A stretch of 62,245 nt of DNA, filler included. It is 4 parts of 4 records of this genome, joined end to end, with 100 filler letters (N's around TTAATTAATTAA, not from the genome) between each part and the next. Parts side by side here need not be neighbours in the genome. Positions count along the whole stretch, not along the records: positions 37,439 to 52,572 come from SRR31156797_469; 3 more parts are not named here. One strand, 5' to 3'. Position numbers and translations under genes: made by a program. Each line of letters starts with the position of its first letter. Within the stretch, counting starts at the first letter, position 1. Below are positions 40,501 to 50,925 of the stretch, one piece after another. The notes below the pieces were generated by a model, which saw nothing but the letters and a program-made list of their open reading frames with translations, made no database searches and had not been told where the DNA came from.

Positions 40501-41006
40501 AATATTTCATTTACCGAAACATCCTCGCTGTTTTCTGTATTTAAATTGTATCTTATAAAAGTGTGATTCTGTTTATTCATTTTATTGAGGCCGCTCTTAG
40601 TAATTACCCAGAGGTTATTGTAGGAATCCTTTAATATTTTTAGAATGTAGTTATCAGAAATGCTCAAAGAGTCTTGAGGGTCGTGTTTAAAATAAGTCAA
40701 GGACTCTGAATTGTATTTTATTAATCCATTATCTTCCGAACCAATCCAAAGAAAATCATCTTTATCGCGATAAATACTTCTTACAGGTCCAACACCTTCT
40801 TTTGTGTTTAAGTATTTAAATGGTATGTATTTGATTTCATTAGCTTTAGTGCCGGAATAGGCAAGGCAAAAAAGTAATATAATTATAGTCTCCTTCACAA
40901 ATCTCCTTTTAATTTCTTGGTTGTAATGGTATGGAACAAATTCATGTACAGCGCAATTCTCCACGTTGGATATAAATGGAAATAAAAATTTCTTTAGTGT
41001 GAACAT
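37563..41006 (-). CDS. Beta-propeller (Reg_prop/Y_Y_Y) sensor histidine kinase, no receiver domain
   Basis: Repeated [19 protein letters not shown] blades, [54 protein letters not shown]. Start uncertain. Confidence 0.92.
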   Translation of the reverse strand: MFTLKKFLFPFISNVENCAVHEFVPYHYNQEIKRRFVKETIIILLFCLAYSGTKANEIKYIPFKYLNTKEGVGPVRSIYRDKDDFLWIGSEDNGLIKYNSESLTYFKHDPQDSLSISDNYILKILKDSYNNLWVITKSGLNKMNKQNHTFIRYNLNTENSEDVSVNEIFEDSNKRLWLGTSNGLYEYIHIKDTLIHHSLNESFKKKISSINEDKEGNLWIAYIAQYLTQYNPSTKKNSNYEINNLARRSCHKQILIDNENEIWLTISGYSFASFNKKSGLFTHFRLNRNGEGINTYLLNQLVEFDNENILIGTNQGGINVFNKKTKRFNYINSFQSNAGNLTSDGILTLSIDQEGILWLGTSRGGVNYYNPKEARFKVYRKGDINPFTNHNKHLTNSVIGCLLEDKQGSIWVGTDGGGINILNPETDYFNTLTTANSNLRANTIRSLSEDSNGNIIICSWPNLLDVYNPRTSNIKPLTLHGDYVLNHNRGIIWDASLDSLDRLWLATHKGDVVMYDHKGIQKYHRQFTPGNQLGVNKVFTSNRNEKIMLVGPQKGLMFWDELIFDFIESKITLEDIVCIDIDEKLNYLVGSGENGVFMYNRNQKLIARYNEDNGLSSNFISSLNCVNENEVWVSTNKGLNQVLTDDHIVYIYNSSDELQGNQYFNQSSLKTKSGKLYFGGTNGIDCFFPELIKRNEYTPKVNLLGIFAYSKKANIGEKYINVSESDTVHLDWHQNRIELTFQANNFTFKNKTQYKYILTNADGGKYQYGFINRAVYNYLKPGTYQFQVTSSNSDGLWNPIGDQVTIIIEKPYWNKAWFYFIIGALVLTFVYFIIHLREKTLRQAKIILQKKVTNRTHTIQKQNELLIQQKEELQEHKDHLESMVEQRTSQLIIAKEKAEKSDRLKSYFLANMSHEIRTPMNAIVGFSSLLKDVDLTNEEKDQFINLIISNSNALLMLIEDILDFSQIEANQLKIKKSHFSISHLLNDIHSSFSLRNTNENLEILKSNQIPDKDLKLYSDEYRIRQILVNLMSNALKFTKKGSIVIGAHIQNNRLEFYVKDSGIGINNKQQQIIFSQFVKLSRDQNSGKPGIGLGLAICKSLSVLLGGKLSVHSKSGEGSTFTFSISLQETKTIPSPNQAAPKENIES

Positions 41007-41217
41007 GTTTGTTTAGACCTCTTTTGATTCAATATTAATAAAGCTATACGGTAAGAAGGTTGACTTAGTTATACAAAAATAAAGAAATATTAACAGAAAA
41101 TTAAAATCATAAAGAGTGTTGATAAGGATTGCTACTCTTATGGAAGAAGCATGTTAATGAAGGTAAATAGTCGTTTTTTTAGAGGGGAGGTTGGTATAGG
41201 TTTTAGGAAGTTGTATT

Positions 41218-41261
41218 AAAAAAAGCCTGAAGAAAAGTACTTGCACGATTTCTTCAGGCTT
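41218..41261 (-). terminator. Intrinsic terminator after alkaline phosphatase
   Basis: AAGCCTGAAGAAA/TTTCTTCAGGCTT stem with a T tract on the minus strand. Confidence 0.75.
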
Positions 41262-41283
41262 AAGGTTATTATTTATCTTATTA

Positions 41284-42444
41284 TTAGTTGAAGTTGTATA
41301 GCTTAAGCATCTTATCAAAAATGGCGGTGTTTTCATAAATACCCATAAATTCTCCAGCTCCCGGGCCTACGGCAAAAACAGGAACCATTACACCGGTATG
41401 GCTATCAGAAATAAAATCTCCGTTAACAAACCCTTTTGCCATATTGCTTTCATTTAATCCAAAACCTCCGGTTTCATGATCAGCTGTAACAATTACTAAA
41501 GTTTCCTGATCTTTAATCGCAAATTCTAATACCTCTCCAATCATCTTATCAAAATCAAGCATTTCACCAACAATATATGCTGTGTTGTTTTGATGTCCGC
41601 CCCAATCAATCTGCGAACCTTCTACCATTAAAAAGAATCCGTTTTCATCTTTCGACAAAATTTCTAACGCTTTATGTGTTGCGTTTTTGAGCATTTCGCC
41701 ACGCTTCGAAAATTTATCATTATGTTTTTGAGCGGTTAAAATACCTAGTTTACTGCTTGTTAAGTTTTGTGCTTTTTCAAGACTATCCAAAATGGTATAA
41801 CCCTTTTCTTCGAATTCTTTAACCAGGTTACGCTTATCTTCACGTTCTGTAAAATACTGCATACCACCACCTATAAATACATCAATTTCGGTATTCAGAA
41901 AATCAGCAGCAATTTCTTCGTACATATCTCTGTCGGGTTGATGAGCAATAAAAGAGGCTGGTGTAGCATGAACAATAGAAGAGGTAGATACTAAACCGGT
42001 TGCAATATTATGCTCTTCTGCAATTTCAAGTATCGATGTTACAGAATTCTTGTTAGGATCAACACCAATTGCTCCGTTATAGGTTTTTTTTCCACAGGCA
42101 AGAGCAGTTCCTCCGGCTGCAGAGTCTGTTATGTAATCTGAAGAACTTTGCGTTTTTGAAAAACCAATCGTTTTAAGATTTAATAAATTGAGTTTTCCTT
42201 TGTTGGCTGTTAATCCGGCAAATACCTGAGAAACCCCCATTCCATCACCAATTAAAAGAATAATGTTTTTAGGATGCGTATTTTCGAATTGTAATAAACT
42301 GTCATCGTAAATTTTGACTTCGTAAAAATCCTGATTTTGATACTCAAGCTCTTTGTCGTCATACATGTAATCACTCGATGAACATTGATTAAAAACAAGG
42401 CCTACTAGTATACTTAATGAAAATAATGAGAATAATGATTTCAT
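41284..42444 (-). CDS. Alkaline phosphatase (PhoA family, probable lipoprotein)
   Basis: NIILLIGDGMG, TDSAAGGTA (catalytic Ser), HATPA, MVEGSQIDWGGH, TADHETGG; start placed at ATG 42444. Confidence 0.95.
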   Translation of the reverse strand: MKSLFSLFSLSILVGLVFNQCSSSDYMYDDKELEYQNQDFYEVKIYDDSLLQFENTHPKNIILLIGDGMGVSQVFAGLTANKGKLNLLNLKTIGFSKTQSSSDYITDSAAGGTALACGKKTYNGAIGVDPNKNSVTSILEIAEEHNIATGLVSTSSIVHATPASFIAHQPDRDMYEEIAADFLNTEIDVFIGGGMQYFTEREDKRNLVKEFEEKGYTILDSLEKAQNLTSSKLGILTAQKHNDKFSKRGEMLKNATHKALEILSKDENGFFLMVEGSQIDWGGHQNNTAYIVGEMLDFDKMIGEVLEFAIKDQETLVIVTADHETGGFGLNESNMAKGFVNGDFISDSHTGVMVPVFAVGPGAGEFMGIYENTAIFDKMLKLYNFN

Positions 42445-42736
42445 TTTGTTGAAATGTTTTTGATTTTTTAATAACGATCGGCAAGATAGAAAAACTTGCA
42501 ATGGATAAACTTAAGTTTTGAATTTTGGTTCAATATTTAACATTAAAAAAGGGTTAATTTAATATGATAAAAAATTAAAAGAATGTATTGTGAATTTAGG
42601 GGGTATTTAGATTAATGAGCTAGTATTGAATTGAAAGCGGCTTTTAAATCAGGGGTCAAGTTGGATGAATGGTTTGTTTTAACCAATATTAACAAAAATA
42701 ATCGACCTAATTCGATTTTAATTCTACATATTTGCA

Positions 42737-42813
42737 GTAGGGATTTTTCATAAAACTTGGATTTAGTTAGCTGAATTAAGGGATAAGGACGGATATTATA
42801 TCTGTCCTTTTTT
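42737..42813 (+). ncRNA. Candidate Bacteroidota small RNA
   Basis: Near-consensus -7 box CATATTTG just upstream. Body TAGGGATTTTTCATAAAACTTGGATTTAGTTAG. Terminator AAGGACGGATA-TTA-TATCTGTCCTT has its T tract on the + strand, where no + gene lies upstream. Confidence 0.5.
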
Positions 42814-43602
42814 TTATGCTTTATTTGTTATCATCAACTTATCAACCAGCCCGCTCAGAATAAGTATATTTCCAATTATACCTCCCCAAATAGCTCCTAA
42901 AGTTACATCGTAAGCAGAGTGTACACCGAGCAATACGCGAGAGTATGCAATTGCAGTTGCCCATATAAAAAACAATGTCGTGGCTATTTTATGCTTATTG
43001 TACCTAATATTAAATAGATAAGGGATTAATACTGCTAGTAAAAAAGCAGTAACTGAATGTCCGGAAGGGAATGAATAACCACTTTCTTTGATCCATACTT
43101 GTAATGCCTCAGATGATATATGTTTATCTTGTATTGTAATTTTTCTTTGATCCACTTTAGATATAATACCTTGCAGATAAGCACTTCTTTCTGTTTTAGT
43201 TGGATAGCTGTAGTAATCATTCGGTTTAAAACCAAGAGATTTACTTAAAGATTTGATGCTAGGCCTTTCTACTTTAATTCTTTCCTTAATAAGATGTTCG
43301 TTTAAAAACGCCACAGCTCCTAAAATTATACCTATACTTAATAAAATAATTGCGAATTTTTTAAATGTTAGTTTGATTGCTTTTGAGGTATAGGATAAAA
43401 TGAATGAGATGAGAATCAGAAATACACCAACTCCTACAGTACTTCCAGTATTGGTTATGATTATCCATATATGAGCCAGAGTAGAGTCAAAAATGACACG
43501 ATTTTCCAAAGGAAGAATTAGTAATAAAGAAACGGCAATAACAGATATTACCATTATGCTCAATTGAAAGCCTGATATTTTTTGCAAAAAAAACTTCATC
43601 AT
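42814..43602 (-). CDS. PAP2 family phosphatase (PgpB-like)
   Basis: KxxxxxxRP (KERIKVERP), SFPSGH, SRVLLGVH, TM helices. A -7 box TATTTTTG at 43618-43625 supports a start near 43602. Confidence 0.9.
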   Translation of the reverse strand: MMKFFLQKISGFQLSIMVISVIAVSLLLILPLENRVIFDSTLAHIWIIITNTGSTVGVGVFLILISFILSYTSKAIKLTFKKFAIILLSIGIILGAVAFLNEHLIKERIKVERPSIKSLSKSLGFKPNDYYSYPTKTERSAYLQGIISKVDQRKITIQDKHISSEALQVWIKESGYSFPSGHSVTAFLLAVLIPYLFNIRYNKHKIATTLFFIWATAIAYSRVLLGVHSAYDVTLGAIWGGIIGNILILSGLVDKLMITNKA

Positions 43603-43800
43603 TAAAATAATTTGAGGCAAAAATAGTTTTAAAAGCTAATTATGTATGGCCATAGTGTAATATCTTCCTCAAATTGGAATATTTAAAACGATTATTCTAT
43701 TGCTTGTGTATTTATGTTAAAGTTTATTAAAATGGGTGTTTATAAATACCATTAATTATATTATATTGCCAACCAGTACATAAATGAAAAGCTATTAGCA

Positions 43801-44190
43801 ATGTCAGAAGAAAAAGAAAAAATAGAACTTGAATTCATTATTAAAACTTCTCCCTCTATTTTATATAATCGATTATCAAGTCCAAGCGGTTTATCTGAAT
43901 GGTTTGCTGATGATGTAAATGTTAAAGGAAAAGTGTACACCTTTATGTGGGAAGGAGCAGAGCAGGAAGCAGAACTGGTTTCAAAAAAGGAATCTAAATT
44001 TGTTCGCTTTCATTGGCTGGATGATGAAGATGAGGATGCGTACTTTGAGTTTAGCATTGATGTAGATGAACTAACCGGAGATACAGCATTGGTAATTACC
44101 GATTTTGTGGAAGAAGACGACAAAGATGATTCAATTGAGTTGTGGAATCAGCAGGTTGATCAACTAAAACATGGTTTAGGATCTAATTAA
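43801..44190 (+). CDS. START-like (SRPBCC) domain protein typical of Bacteroidota
   Basis: SPSGLSEWFADDV...FMWEG...DELTGDTALVITDF. Confidence 0.85.
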   Translation: MSEEKEKIELEFIIKTSPSILYNRLSSPSGLSEWFADDVNVKGKVYTFMWEGAEQEAELVSKKESKFVRFHWLDDEDEDAYFEFSIDVDELTGDTALVITDFVEEDDKDDSIELWNQQVDQLKHGLGSN

Positions 44191-44217
44191 ATTAGATTAA
44201 ACATTAAAATATTAATT

Positions 44218-44225
44218 TAACTTTG
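44218..44225 (+). promoter_or_regulatory. Bacteroidota sigma70 -7 element (TAnnTTTG)
   Basis: TAACTTTG upstream of the lptF-like gene, overlapping the hairpin TGCATTC..GAATGCA + T8 at 44224-44265. Confidence 0.55.
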
Positions 44226-44311
44226 CATTCTTAGAATTACAAAATTCTTTGAATGCATTTTTTTTGGCATTATTCGTGTATAATAATTCCATCTACAAGT
44301 AATAAACAAGC

Positions 44312-45841
44312 ATGAAGCGACTGCATATTTTTATTCTAAAAAGCTATTTGAGTCCATTAATAATGACCTTTTTTATTTCGCTTTTTATATTGGTAATGCA
44401 ATTTTTATGGCGATATGTCGATGATTTAGTTGGAAAGGGTTTAGAAGTTAGTGTATTGGCGGAGTTGATGTTCTATGCTTCGTTGCAGGTGGTGCCAATG
44501 GCTTTGCCTCTGGCTATTCTTTTAGCTTCTTTAATGTCATTCGGAAACCTGGGCGAGAATTATGAACTGACCGCTTTAAAGTCAGCCGGAATTTCACTTC
44601 CCAGAATTATGTCTCCGCTCATTATTTTTACGGTAGTGGTGTGTATTGGAGCCTTTAAGTTTTCAAATAATGTAATGCCTGTTGCTAATTTAAAGCTGTA
44701 TAGTTTGTTGTGGTCGGTTCGTCAGGCTAGTCCAGAGTTTGATATCAAAGAAAAGATATTTTATAATGGCTTAACTGATTTTAGCATTAAGATCGATCAC
44801 AAGTCCAAAACCGATGATATGCTTTATGATATAATGATTTACGATCATCGGAATAAATTAGCAAAAAACAGTAATGTTACTCTGGCAGACTCTGGCAGAT
44901 TACAGTTTTCGGACGATAAAAAACATTTGAAGCTTACTTTATATGATGGAGTCACATATGATGAGAAGGTGGAAGGTGAAAAGAAACGTGTTAGAAAACA
45001 AGATAAGCAGCAGTTTAGGGTAGATCATTTTAAAAAGCAGGTGGCCTTAATTCCTATGCAAGGGATGGATTTTAACCGATATGATGAAGGTTTATTTAAA
45101 AACCATAACCGAATGAAAAATCTGGAGCAATTGGCTCACGATTCAGACTCCTTGCAGCAAGAAAAAGACAAGAATATTGCGGTTTTAAAACCAAGGGTTA
45201 AGGGGAATTATTTTACGGTTAATAATAACTCTAGAAGTAAGACAAGTAGTAGTATTAAATCTATTAGAACCAGTCAGGATACCTTAAGATCGAAAAGAGT
45301 AGAGGTGGAACCCAAAATCAAAAGTATCGATGATTATGCAGTCGCTAATCTCGATAGTATATTTGATACTTTTAAAACCCAAACAAAGCTGTCTGTAATG
45401 AGTAGTGCCTTAAGACGTGCCAGAGATACCAAAAGTCATATCGATCAGCAAATGATTGATATTGATAAAGTAGATTACCAATTGGTGCGTCATAAGATAG
45501 AGTGGCACAGAAAGTTTACACTATCCTTTGCCTGTTTTATTTTCTTTTTCATTGGTGCACCGCTGGGTGCTATTATCCGAAAAGGAGGCTTAGGGATGCC
45601 GGTAGTGGTTTCTATTGTGTTCTTTATTGTTTATTATATTATCGATACATTCGGTTTAAAAGTAAGTAAAGAGGAAGTATGGCCTCCTTATTTAGGAATG
45701 TGGTTATCCACTATAGTTCTGTTTCCTATCGGTGTGTTTTTAACTTATAAGGCTGCTACCGATTCTGCTATCTTAAACTCTGATGCCTATGTTATTTTCT
45801 TTCAGAAGTTGTTTGCGCGTTTTAAAAAGAAGAAAGAATAG
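44312..45841 (+). CDS. LptF/LptG family permease
   Basis: QFLWRYVDDLVGKG, LPLAILLASLMSFGNLGENYELTALKSAGIS, FFFIGAPLGAIIRKGG. Confidence 0.93.
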   Translation: MKRLHIFILKSYLSPLIMTFFISLFILVMQFLWRYVDDLVGKGLEVSVLAELMFYASLQVVPMALPLAILLASLMSFGNLGENYELTALKSAGISLPRIMSPLIIFTVVVCIGAFKFSNNVMPVANLKLYSLLWSVRQASPEFDIKEKIFYNGLTDFSIKIDHKSKTDDMLYDIMIYDHRNKLAKNSNVTLADSGRLQFSDDKKHLKLTLYDGVTYDEKVEGEKKRVRKQDKQQFRVDHFKKQVALIPMQGMDFNRYDEGLFKNHNRMKNLEQLAHDSDSLQQEKDKNIAVLKPRVKGNYFTVNNNSRSKTSSSIKSIRTSQDTLRSKRVEVEPKIKSIDDYAVANLDSIFDTFKTQTKLSVMSSALRRARDTKSHIDQQMIDIDKVDYQLVRHKIEWHRKFTLSFACFIFFFIGAPLGAIIRKGGLGMPVVVSIVFFIVYYIIDTFGLKVSKEEVWPPYLGMWLSTIVLFPIGVFLTYKAATDSAILNSDAYVIFFQKLFARFKKKKE

Positions 45842-45973
45842 GCTTAGGAAAATACTTCATAACATTGGCAGTCATGTGTTTTTAGGTATGGTTTTATAAC
45901 TTTAGAGAATCCTAATTATTGGGGATATAAAACCTATGTGAATAATTACATTGCTGAGCCTAAAATATTTGAT

Positions 45974-45981
45974 TAACTTTG
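45974..45981 (+). promoter_or_regulatory. Bacteroidota sigma70 -7 element upstream of ribBA
   Basis: TAACTTTG about 40 nt before the ATG. Confidence 0.65.
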
Positions 45982-46023
45982 CGAGCCTAAAAACAACGAC
46001 CATAATTTTATTATAATATTGCC

Positions 46024-47259
46024 ATGAGCGATACATCTTACCAGTTAAATACAATAGAAGAAGCCGTAGAGGCTATCAGAAAAGGAGAGTTAATCATTGT
46101 AATAGATGATGAGGACAGAGAGAATGAGGGTGATTTTATAGCAGCGGGAGAACTGATAACTCCGGAAAAGGTGAACTTTATGGCAACGCATGGGAGAGGA
46201 CTGATTTGTACACCCATTACCGAAAAAAGATGCGAAGAGCTGGATTTGGAATTAATGGTTGGTAAAAATACAGCTTTACATGCTACACCTTTCACCGTGT
46301 CGGTTGATTTGATAGGACAAGGTTGTACAACCGGAATTTCTACTTCTGACAGAGCAAAAACCATATTAGCACTTTGTAATAAGGATACAAAACCTGAGGA
46401 CCTAGGACGTCCGGGACATATCTTTCCTTTAAAGTCAAAAGATAAAGGTGTACTAAGAAGATCGGGACATACGGAAGCAGCCGTTGATTTGGCTCGTATG
46501 GCAGGTTTATCACCAGTAGGAGTTTTGGTTGAAATTATGAACGAAGATGGTACGATGGCTCGTCTTCCTGAATTAATTGAAATTGCGAAGAAGTTTGATT
46601 TAAAATTGATTACCATTAAAGATTTAATTGCTTATCGCTTAAAAGAAGAAAGCCTGGTGATTAAAGGAGTACAAGTTAATTTACCGACAGAGCACGGTGA
46701 TTTTCAGTTTGTACCATTTAAGCAAAAATCGAATGGTTTAGAGCATATGGCTTTGATTAAAGGAACATGGGAAAAAGATGAACCTATTTTAGTCAGAGTA
46801 CACTCTTCTTGCGCAACCGGTGATATTTTCCATTCTAAAAGATGTGAATGTGGAGAGCAGTTGCATAAGGCAATGGAAGCGATTGAAAAAGAAGGAAAAG
46901 GTGTAATCGTTTATATGAACCAAGAGGGTAGAGGTATTGGCTTGATGAATAAAATGAAAGCTTATAAACTACAGGAAGAAGGTTTAGATACGGTTGATGC
47001 AAATGTAGAGTTGGGATTTGACGCGGATGAAAGAGATTATGGTGTTGGTGCTCAAATATTGAGAGAATTGGGTGTTTGTAAAATGCGTTTAATGTCTAAT
47101 AATCCGGTGAAGAGAATTGGTTTGGAAGGTTATGGATTGGAGATTGTGGAGAATGTTTCAATTGAAGTGGAGCCTAATAAACACAACGAGTTTTATATGA
47201 AAACCAAAAAAGAACGAATGGGTCACAACCTGGAGTTCTTTAAATACAAAAAAGACTAA
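46024..47259 (+). CDS. ribBA: Bifunctional DHBP synthase / GTP cyclohydrolase II
   Basis: [34 protein letters not shown]...[23 protein letters not shown]. Confidence 0.97.
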   Translation: MSDTSYQLNTIEEAVEAIRKGELIIVIDDEDRENEGDFIAAGELITPEKVNFMATHGRGLICTPITEKRCEELDLELMVGKNTALHATPFTVSVDLIGQGCTTGISTSDRAKTILALCNKDTKPEDLGRPGHIFPLKSKDKGVLRRSGHTEAAVDLARMAGLSPVGVLVEIMNEDGTMARLPELIEIAKKFDLKLITIKDLIAYRLKEESLVIKGVQVNLPTEHGDFQFVPFKQKSNGLEHMALIKGTWEKDEPILVRVHSSCATGDIFHSKRCECGEQLHKAMEAIEKEGKGVIVYMNQEGRGIGLMNKMKAYKLQEEGLDTVDANVELGFDADERDYGVGAQILRELGVCKMRLMSNNPVKRIGLEGYGLEIVENVSIEVEPNKHNEFYMKTKKERMGHNLEFFKYKKD

Positions 47260-47280
47260 TACATCAACGATATATTGATA

Positions 47281-47309
47281 AAGAGTGGCTCATCAGTCAC
47301 TCTTTTTTT
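47281..47309 (+). terminator. Terminator between convergent ribBA and anmK
   Basis: AAGAGTGGCT-CATC-AGTCACTCTT followed by a T tract. Confidence 0.75.
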
Positions 47310-48372
47310 ATGCCATAAAAACTGATCCGCCACAGTTATCTTTTTTTGCTCCGGTTACAGATTTTAAACAATTAACTTCTTCCTGATCTCTCAGCACGCC
47401 CAAAAAAGCAAAGATCAATGCTTCCTTATAATTGATTAATTTAGAATCCGGAATGCAAATATCTGCAGAGCACTTGCTTTTAATTAATTCCATAAAAAAG
47501 TAATTAAAAGTTCCTCCTCCGGTAAAAAGGACCATGTTTAATTTTTGCTGATTAATAATGTGCGCAATTTGTTCGGCAAAATGATGATAGCAAGTTGTAA
47601 GCACATCAACTGTATTTTCAGATTGATATGGCTTTATAATTGGATTGAATTGATTTTCCACCCATTCTCTGGCGAGAGATTTTGGTGCATCCAGTTTGTA
47701 AAAAGCAATATTATTAAGCTGATTCAGTAGTTCGGGGATGACTTTTCCTTGTCTTCCAAGTTCTCCTTCTTTATCATAGGACTGATGAAAATACAGTTCG
47801 CAAAGTTCATTGAGTACAATATTTACCGGGCAAATATCATAAGCTATACGAAACTGGTTTTGTTTGTAGGAAATATTTGCAAAACCGCCCAGATTGATAC
47901 AGGCGTCGTATGAGTGAAATAATAGTTCATCGCCAATAGGAACTAATGGTGCACCATGTCCGCCTAATGCAATATCCAATGTCCTGAAATCAGAAATTGT
48001 TTTGATACCAGAATGAGCGGCAATCTGCGCTCCACATCCAATCTGGAAAGTAATTTGTTTTTCCGGTTCATGAAATACAGTATGACCATGAGAAGCGATA
48101 AAATCAATTTTATTTATGCCATCCGAGAATGCTTTCACTTGTTCCCCAATAAATCGTCCATAACTTCTGTGTAAGGCAACAAAGTCTTGGGCACTCAAAT
48201 CTTGACAGGTTCCTAGTTTCTGTTTTAAATCATGATCGTAAGGAATAGTGTTTGCTTTTAATATATTATAAAACCAATTACCATCTTTTCGATTAAAATG
48301 GCAAAGCGCCAAGTCCAAACCGTCCAGAGAAGTGCCACTCATAACGCCAATTACCAGGTAGTCATTTTTCAT
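47308..48372 (-). CDS. anmK: Anhydro-N-acetylmuramic acid kinase
   Basis: GVMSGTSLDGLD, SHGHTVFH, DFR..D.ALGGHGAPLVP, NLGGFAN, TGGG, KEALIFA. Confidence 0.95.
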   Translation of the reverse strand: MKNDYLVIGVMSGTSLDGLDLALCHFNRKDGNWFYNILKANTIPYDHDLKQKLGTCQDLSAQDFVALHRSYGRFIGEQVKAFSDGINKIDFIASHGHTVFHEPEKQITFQIGCGAQIAAHSGIKTISDFRTLDIALGGHGAPLVPIGDELLFHSYDACINLGGFANISYKQNQFRIAYDICPVNIVLNELCELYFHQSYDKEGELGRQGKVIPELLNQLNNIAFYKLDAPKSLAREWVENQFNPIIKPYQSENTVDVLTTCYHHFAEQIAHIINQQKLNMVLFTGGGTFNYFFMELIKSKCSADICIPDSKLINYKEALIFAFLGVLRDQEEVNCLKSVTGAKKDNCGGSVFMA

Positions 48373-48485
48373 TTTAACTTTATTTAATCAGGAACAATAC
48401 TTAAATTGATGTTTCAAATGATAGGCATCTTTAAAATATTGTTTAAATTACCGTTTGTTAAATTTAAATATTCAAATATACTACT

Positions 48486-49472
48486 ATGCCAGAATTATCC
48501 ACCTCTTATCTGGGGCTTAGCTTAAAAAGTCCTATTATAGCAGCAGCTTCAGGTTTAACCAGTTCAATACAGGATATTGTTGAGTTAGAAAAGCATGGAG
48601 CCGGAGCCGTGGTTTTAAAATCCTTATTCGAGGAAGAAATCGTTACAGAGATGGAGCATGAACTTAATAAAATGCATTCAGAGAATCATCTGTACCCGGA
48701 AACCATGGAGTTTTATGAAGCTGACAATGTAGGAGACACTTTAACTAATTATCTTACTTTAATTTCAGATTGTAAAAAGCAAACCAAAATTCCGGTTATT
48801 GCCAGTATCAACTGTGTAAGTTCTCATAATTGGCCTTATTTTGCAAAGTCACTGGAAGATGCAGGAGCAGATGCATTGGAGCTAAATATATCGATCTTAC
48901 CTTCTGATCCGGATTTAACAAGTACTGAAAATGAAAAGGAATATTTTGAAATTATAAAAGCTGTAAAAAGAGAAGTCAATATTCCTATTTCTATTAAAAT
49001 AAGTAGCTACTTTTCAAATTTATCCGGGATGATTACACGTTTTTCCAATGCAGGCGTTGATGGAATTGTATTATTCAATCGTTTTTATTCTCCGGATATT
49101 GATATCGATACATTTGACGTAGTTCCGGCACCTATTTTTAGTACGCCAGATGATTATATAATGCCCTTGCGATGGGTGGCTATTATGAGTGACAGGGTAA
49201 ATTGCGATATAGCCGCTTCTACCGGAATTCATGATGGACAAACCATGATAAAATTATTGCTGGCAGGAGCTCCTGTAGTTCAGGTTGCTTCTACCTTGTA
49301 TAAAAATGGCTATGCGCAAATTAAGCTAATGCTGAAGGATTTACAGACATGGATGTCGAGTAAGGACTTTGAAAAAATAGAGCAATTTAAAGGTATGTTA
49401 AGCCATTCAAGATCATCTAACTCGGCCGCTTTCTTACGTATTCAGTTTATGAAACATTTTGCAGAGAAATAA
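48486..49472 (+). CDS. Dihydroorotate dehydrogenase-like flavoprotein
   Basis: YLGLSLKSPII, GAVVLKSLFEE, PVIASIN, ALELNI, LFNRFY, AASTGIH. Confidence 0.85.
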   Translation: MPELSTSYLGLSLKSPIIAAASGLTSSIQDIVELEKHGAGAVVLKSLFEEEIVTEMEHELNKMHSENHLYPETMEFYEADNVGDTLTNYLTLISDCKKQTKIPVIASINCVSSHNWPYFAKSLEDAGADALELNISILPSDPDLTSTENEKEYFEIIKAVKREVNIPISIKISSYFSNLSGMITRFSNAGVDGIVLFNRFYSPDIDIDTFDVVPAPIFSTPDDYIMPLRWVAIMSDRVNCDIAASTGIHDGQTMIKLLLAGAPVVQVASTLYKNGYAQIKLMLKDLQTWMSSKDFEKIEQFKGMLSHSRSSNSAAFLRIQFMKHFAEK

Positions 49473-49495
49473 CAACATTGCTTATTATAGATAGG

Positions 49496-49525
49496 AGGCC
49501 TGATATACAGAATCAGGTCTTTTTT
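49496..49525 (+). terminator. Intrinsic terminator
   Basis: AGGCCTGAT-N7-ATCAGGTCT followed by a T tract. Confidence 0.7.
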
Positions 49526-49572
49526 ATGCTTAAATATTATTGTATTAAACTATATCTTTGCAAAAAAAAGAA

Positions 49573-49761
49573 ATGGATTACATAGACGATTATTATCCGC
49601 AGAAACCGCTGAAAGAAGGAGAGGATTTTATTATGGATCCCCGGGGATTTAGGATAATGACACGCAATTATTTAACAGAAAGAGGATATTGCTGCGGAAA
49701 TGGCTGTAAGAACTGTCCTTACTTTCCCAAACATCAAAAAGGGAATACCAATCTGGAATAG
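49573..49761 (+). CDS. Small Cys-rich protein (DUF5522-like)
   Basis: RGYCCGNGCKNCPY motif; -7 box TATCTTTG at 49553-49560. Confidence 0.8.
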   Translation: MDYIDDYYPQKPLKEGEDFIMDPRGFRIMTRNYLTERGYCCGNGCKNCPYFPKHQKGNTNLE

Positions 49762-49783
49762 ATAACAAAAGAAATTGCTAACA

Positions 49784-50764
49784 ATGACTATAAAAAAGGA
49801 AGATTTAAGAATTGTATTTATGGGTACACCAGAGTTTGCGGTGGAAAGCCTGAAAATATTAGTGGAAAATAATTATAATGTGGTTGGAGTTATTACCGTA
49901 CCGGATAAACCTGCTGGAAGAGGACAAAAAATTAAAACTTCACCCGTGAAAGATTATGCGGTTTCACAAGAAATTAAAGTGTTGCAACCCGAAAAACTAA
50001 AAGCGGAATCTTTTTTAGAGGAATTAAAAGCATTGAATGCCGATTTGCAAGTCATTGTAGCTTTTAGAATGTTACCTGAGGTAGTGTGGAACATGCCGCG
50101 TCTGGGTACTTTTAATTTGCATGGATCATTATTGCCACAATACAGAGGTGCTGCTCCTATTAACTGGGCTGTGATTAATGGAGATAAAGAAACAGGTGTA
50201 ACGACTTTCTTTTTACAGCATGAAATCGATACAGGTAATATTATCGATCAAAAAAGAATGCCTATTGAACCCAATGATACGGCCGGAACTGTGCATGATA
50301 AAATGATGGTATTGGGTGCTTCGTTGGTATTGGAAACAGTAGATGGAATTTGTGCAGACTCCGTTAAAACGAAATCTCAGGAGGAATTTATAGATGAGAA
50401 TACGGTTTTAAATCCGGCACCGAAAATTTTTAAAGAAGATTGTAAAGTGGATTGGAATCAACCCATTGAGTTGATTCATAATAAAATAAGAGGATTGAGC
50501 CCTTACCCGGCAGCATGGACAGAGATAATGGATGCAACAGGTAAAAAGATGAGTTTAAAACTGTTTGAAACAGAGTTGGTAGAAGGAGATGTGTCTGATC
50601 ATGGAACAATAGAAACTGATGGTAAAAATACGATTGTTTTTTCTGCAAAAAACGGAAAATTAAAGGTTCATATGCTTCAGTTGGCTGGAAAAAAAAGAAT
50701 GACAGCCAAAGAGTTTTTAAATGGTTTTAAAAGTCTGGATGAATGCAAATTAGTGCTTGATTAA
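49784..50764 (+). CDS. fmt: Methionyl-tRNA formyltransferase
   Basis: RIVFMGTPEFA, PDKPAGRG, NLHGSLLPQYRGAAPINWA, IRGLSPYP. Confidence 0.97.
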   Translation: MTIKKEDLRIVFMGTPEFAVESLKILVENNYNVVGVITVPDKPAGRGQKIKTSPVKDYAVSQEIKVLQPEKLKAESFLEELKALNADLQVIVAFRMLPEVVWNMPRLGTFNLHGSLLPQYRGAAPINWAVINGDKETGVTTFFLQHEIDTGNIIDQKRMPIEPNDTAGTVHDKMMVLGASLVLETVDGICADSVKTKSQEEFIDENTVLNPAPKIFKEDCKVDWNQPIELIHNKIRGLSPYPAAWTEIMDATGKKMSLKLFETELVEGDVSDHGTIETDGKNTIVFSAKNGKLKVHMLQLAGKKRMTAKEFLNGFKSLDECKLVLD

Positions 50765-50781
50765 ATTTATAACAGAAAAAT

Positions 50782-50817
50782 AAAAAAAACTGTTCAATAT
50801 AGTTGAGCAGTTTTTTT
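50782..50817 (+). terminator. Intrinsic terminator after fmt
   Basis: AAAAAAAACTGTTCAA-TATAG-TTGAGCAGTTTTTTT. Confidence 0.75.
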
Positions 50818-50925
50818 ATGTCCCTAATTCCAGCTGTTGGTCAAATTTCCCAACAATTGATAAACTCTTTATTTTAAAATAGGTTAACCTGTAAACTGAT
50901 TAAACTAAACGTAAAAATATCAAAA

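Noticed and set aside
45842-46023. FMN riboswitch upstream of ribBA
   Set aside because: No RFN consensus blocks, and the -7 promoter box is only ~40 nt from the start, leaving no room for one.
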